Of a stretch of DNA of 64,000 nucleotides, positions 62,697 through 64,000 are shown piece by piece. Every line of letters begins with the position of its first letter. The first letter of the stretch is position 1. The position numbers were made by a program, and so were the translations under genes. The stretch is from Cutibacterium sp. (GTDB lineage Bacteria > Actinomycetota > Actinomycetes > Propionibacteriales > Propionibacteriaceae): the NCBI RefSeq assembly GCF_030525615.1, contig NZ_JAUNEJ010000001.1, positions 688,696 to 752,695 on the forward strand, written 5' to 3'. The notes beneath the pieces are model-generated. The model was given only the letters and a program-made list of their open reading frames with translations. It did no database searches and was not told where the DNA came from.

Positions 62697-63383
62697 TCAG
62701 GAGTTACGGTAAACGCCCTCGTTCTCGTCTCGGACGACGTGTCCGGAGTCGAGTTCGATGACTCGTCGTCTCATTTGGTCAACGATCGTCGGATCGTGAG
62801 TGGCCATGACAACCGTCGTACCCGTGCGATTGATACGATCAAGGACCTTCATAATGCCCACAGCTGTATCAGGATCAAGGTTTCCGGTCGGCTCATCGGC
62901 AATGAGGATTTTCGGACGGTTCACGAAGGCGCGCGCCAGTGCAACTCGCTGCTGCTCACCACCGGAGAGTTCGTCGGGCATCCGCTTCTCCTTGTTTTCC
63001 AGCCCGACGAGTTCCAACGTCTCGGGAACGACATTGCGAATCTCTTTGGTTGGCCTCCCAATGACCTGCATCGCGAAGGCGACGTTCTCATAGACGGTCT
63101 TGCCCGGGAGTAGGCGGAAATCCTGGAAGACTGTGCCGATCTGCCGACGCAGGGCCGGCACTTTCCACGACCTCAGCTGGTTGAGGTTTTTGCCAGCGAC
63201 GTAGAGGGTTCCTTTCGTCGGCCGGTACTCGCGCAGGATGAGCCGAATAAAAGTCGATTTGCCCGATCCGGACTGGCCAACGAGGAAGACGAATTCTCCC
63301 TTGTCAATATCGACGTTGACGCCGGACAAAGCAGCCTGGCTCTGTCCGGAGTAGGTCTTCGTGACGTTGTCGAAGGTAATCAC
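62697..63383 (-). CDS. ftsE: Cell-division ATPase FtsE
   Basis: [35 protein letters not shown]; GTG 63383. Confidence 0.94.
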   Translation of the reverse strand: MITFDNVTKTYSGQSQAALSGVNVDIDKGEFVFLVGQSGSGKSTFIRLILREYRPTKGTLYVAGKNLNQLRSWKVPALRRQIGTVFQDFRLLPGKTVYENVAFAMQVIGRPTKEIRNVVPETLELVGLENKEKRMPDELSGGEQQRVALARAFVNRPKILIADEPTGNLDPDTAVGIMKVLDRINRTGTTVVMATHDPTIVDQMRRRVIELDSGHVVRDENEGVYRNS

Positions 63384-63393
63384 GTGTGTCCCG

Positions 63394-64000
63394 TCAGTCT
63401 GTCTCGTTCTTACGGCGCCACCGGATGCCAGCGTCAATGAAGTCGTCGATGTCGCCATCAAAGACTGCCTCGGTATTGCCAACCTCGTAGTTGGTGCGCA
63501 GGTCCTTGACCATCTGGTACGGGTGCAGCACGTAGGAACGCATTTGAGCACCCCACGAATTGCCCTCGGACTTCAGCGAGTTCATCTCGGCTTCCTGCTC
63601 CTCACGAGCCTTCTCCAGCAGCTTGGCCTGAAGGACTCGAAGGGCAGCAGCCTTGTTCTGGATCTGAGATCGCTCATTCTGACAGCTCACCACGATGCCG
63701 GTGGGAAGGTGGGTCAGTCGGACAGCCGAGTCAGTGGTGTTAACACCCTGCCCACCCGGGCCGGAGGCATGGAAGACGTCGACGCGCAGGTCCGACTCGG
63801 GAATGTCAACGTGGTCGGTCTCCTCGACGACAGGCAGTACCTCGACACCAGCGAAAGAGGTCTGGCGACGTCCCTGATTGTCGAAGGGGCTGATACGTAC
63901 CAGACGGTGTGTCCCCTGCTCCACCGACAGGGTTCCGTACGCAAAGGGAGCATGGACGACGAAAGTCGCTGACTTGATACCCGCCTCTTCAGCATATGAG
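63394..64000 (-). CDS. prfB: Peptide chain release factor 2 (5' part outside the window)
   Basis: [17 protein letters not shown] tripeptide, [28 protein letters not shown]. Confidence 0.95.
   Translation of the reverse strand, partial: SYAEEAGIKSATFVVHAPFAYGTLSVEQGTHRLVRISPFDNQGRRQTSFAGVEVLPVVEETDHVDIPESDLRVDVFHASGPGGQGVNTTDSAVRLTHLPTGIVVSCQNERSQIQNKAAALRVLQAKLLEKAREEQEAEMNSLKSEGNSWGAQMRSYVLHPYQMVKDLRTNYEVGNTEAVFDGDIDDFIDAGIRWRRKNETD

Overview
High-GC actinobacterial chromosome segment, most consistent with Cutibacterium (the tmRNA tag reads AENTRTDFALAA; genus is inference). About 52 kb is core genome. It includes a DNA-repair supercluster (uvrD2 <- | -> recC-recB-recD -> <- nudC <- adnB <- adnA), PP2C phosphatase, DEAD-box helicase, amino acid permease, trpS, NAD-glutamate dehydrogenase, secA, hpf, comF, mtrA-mtrB-lpqB, an M20 amidohydrolase, ssrA, argC-J-B-D-H, smpB, ftsE-ftsX and partial prfB. 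The accessory part is about 44.3-54.1 kb: a low-GC URO-D-like gene plus an ~8.3 kb decayed prophage-like element (45796-54094) inserted in the ssrA terminator. The element carries two frameshifted tandem large serine recombinases, reconstructable palindromic attB/attP cores and 21-bp-phased repeat arrays near both ends. It also holds a tail-chaperone relic with a CCCAAAA -1 slippery site, a PolA fragment abutting a DUF2326 fragment, and intact cargo (XRE regulator plus membrane protein, a Cro-like HTH, an orphan lipoprotein). The best candidate for a new system is an intact Abi_2/AbiF-like HEPN gene whose 5' leader is a C(UUCG)G hairpin, a possible RNA antitoxin. Regulatory signals missing from the ORF track include a Trp-rich leader peptide/attenuator upstream of trpS and back-to-back PafBC (RecA-NDp)-type promoters for uvrD2 and recCBD. 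All family assignments are from motif recognition by eye, with no database searches.
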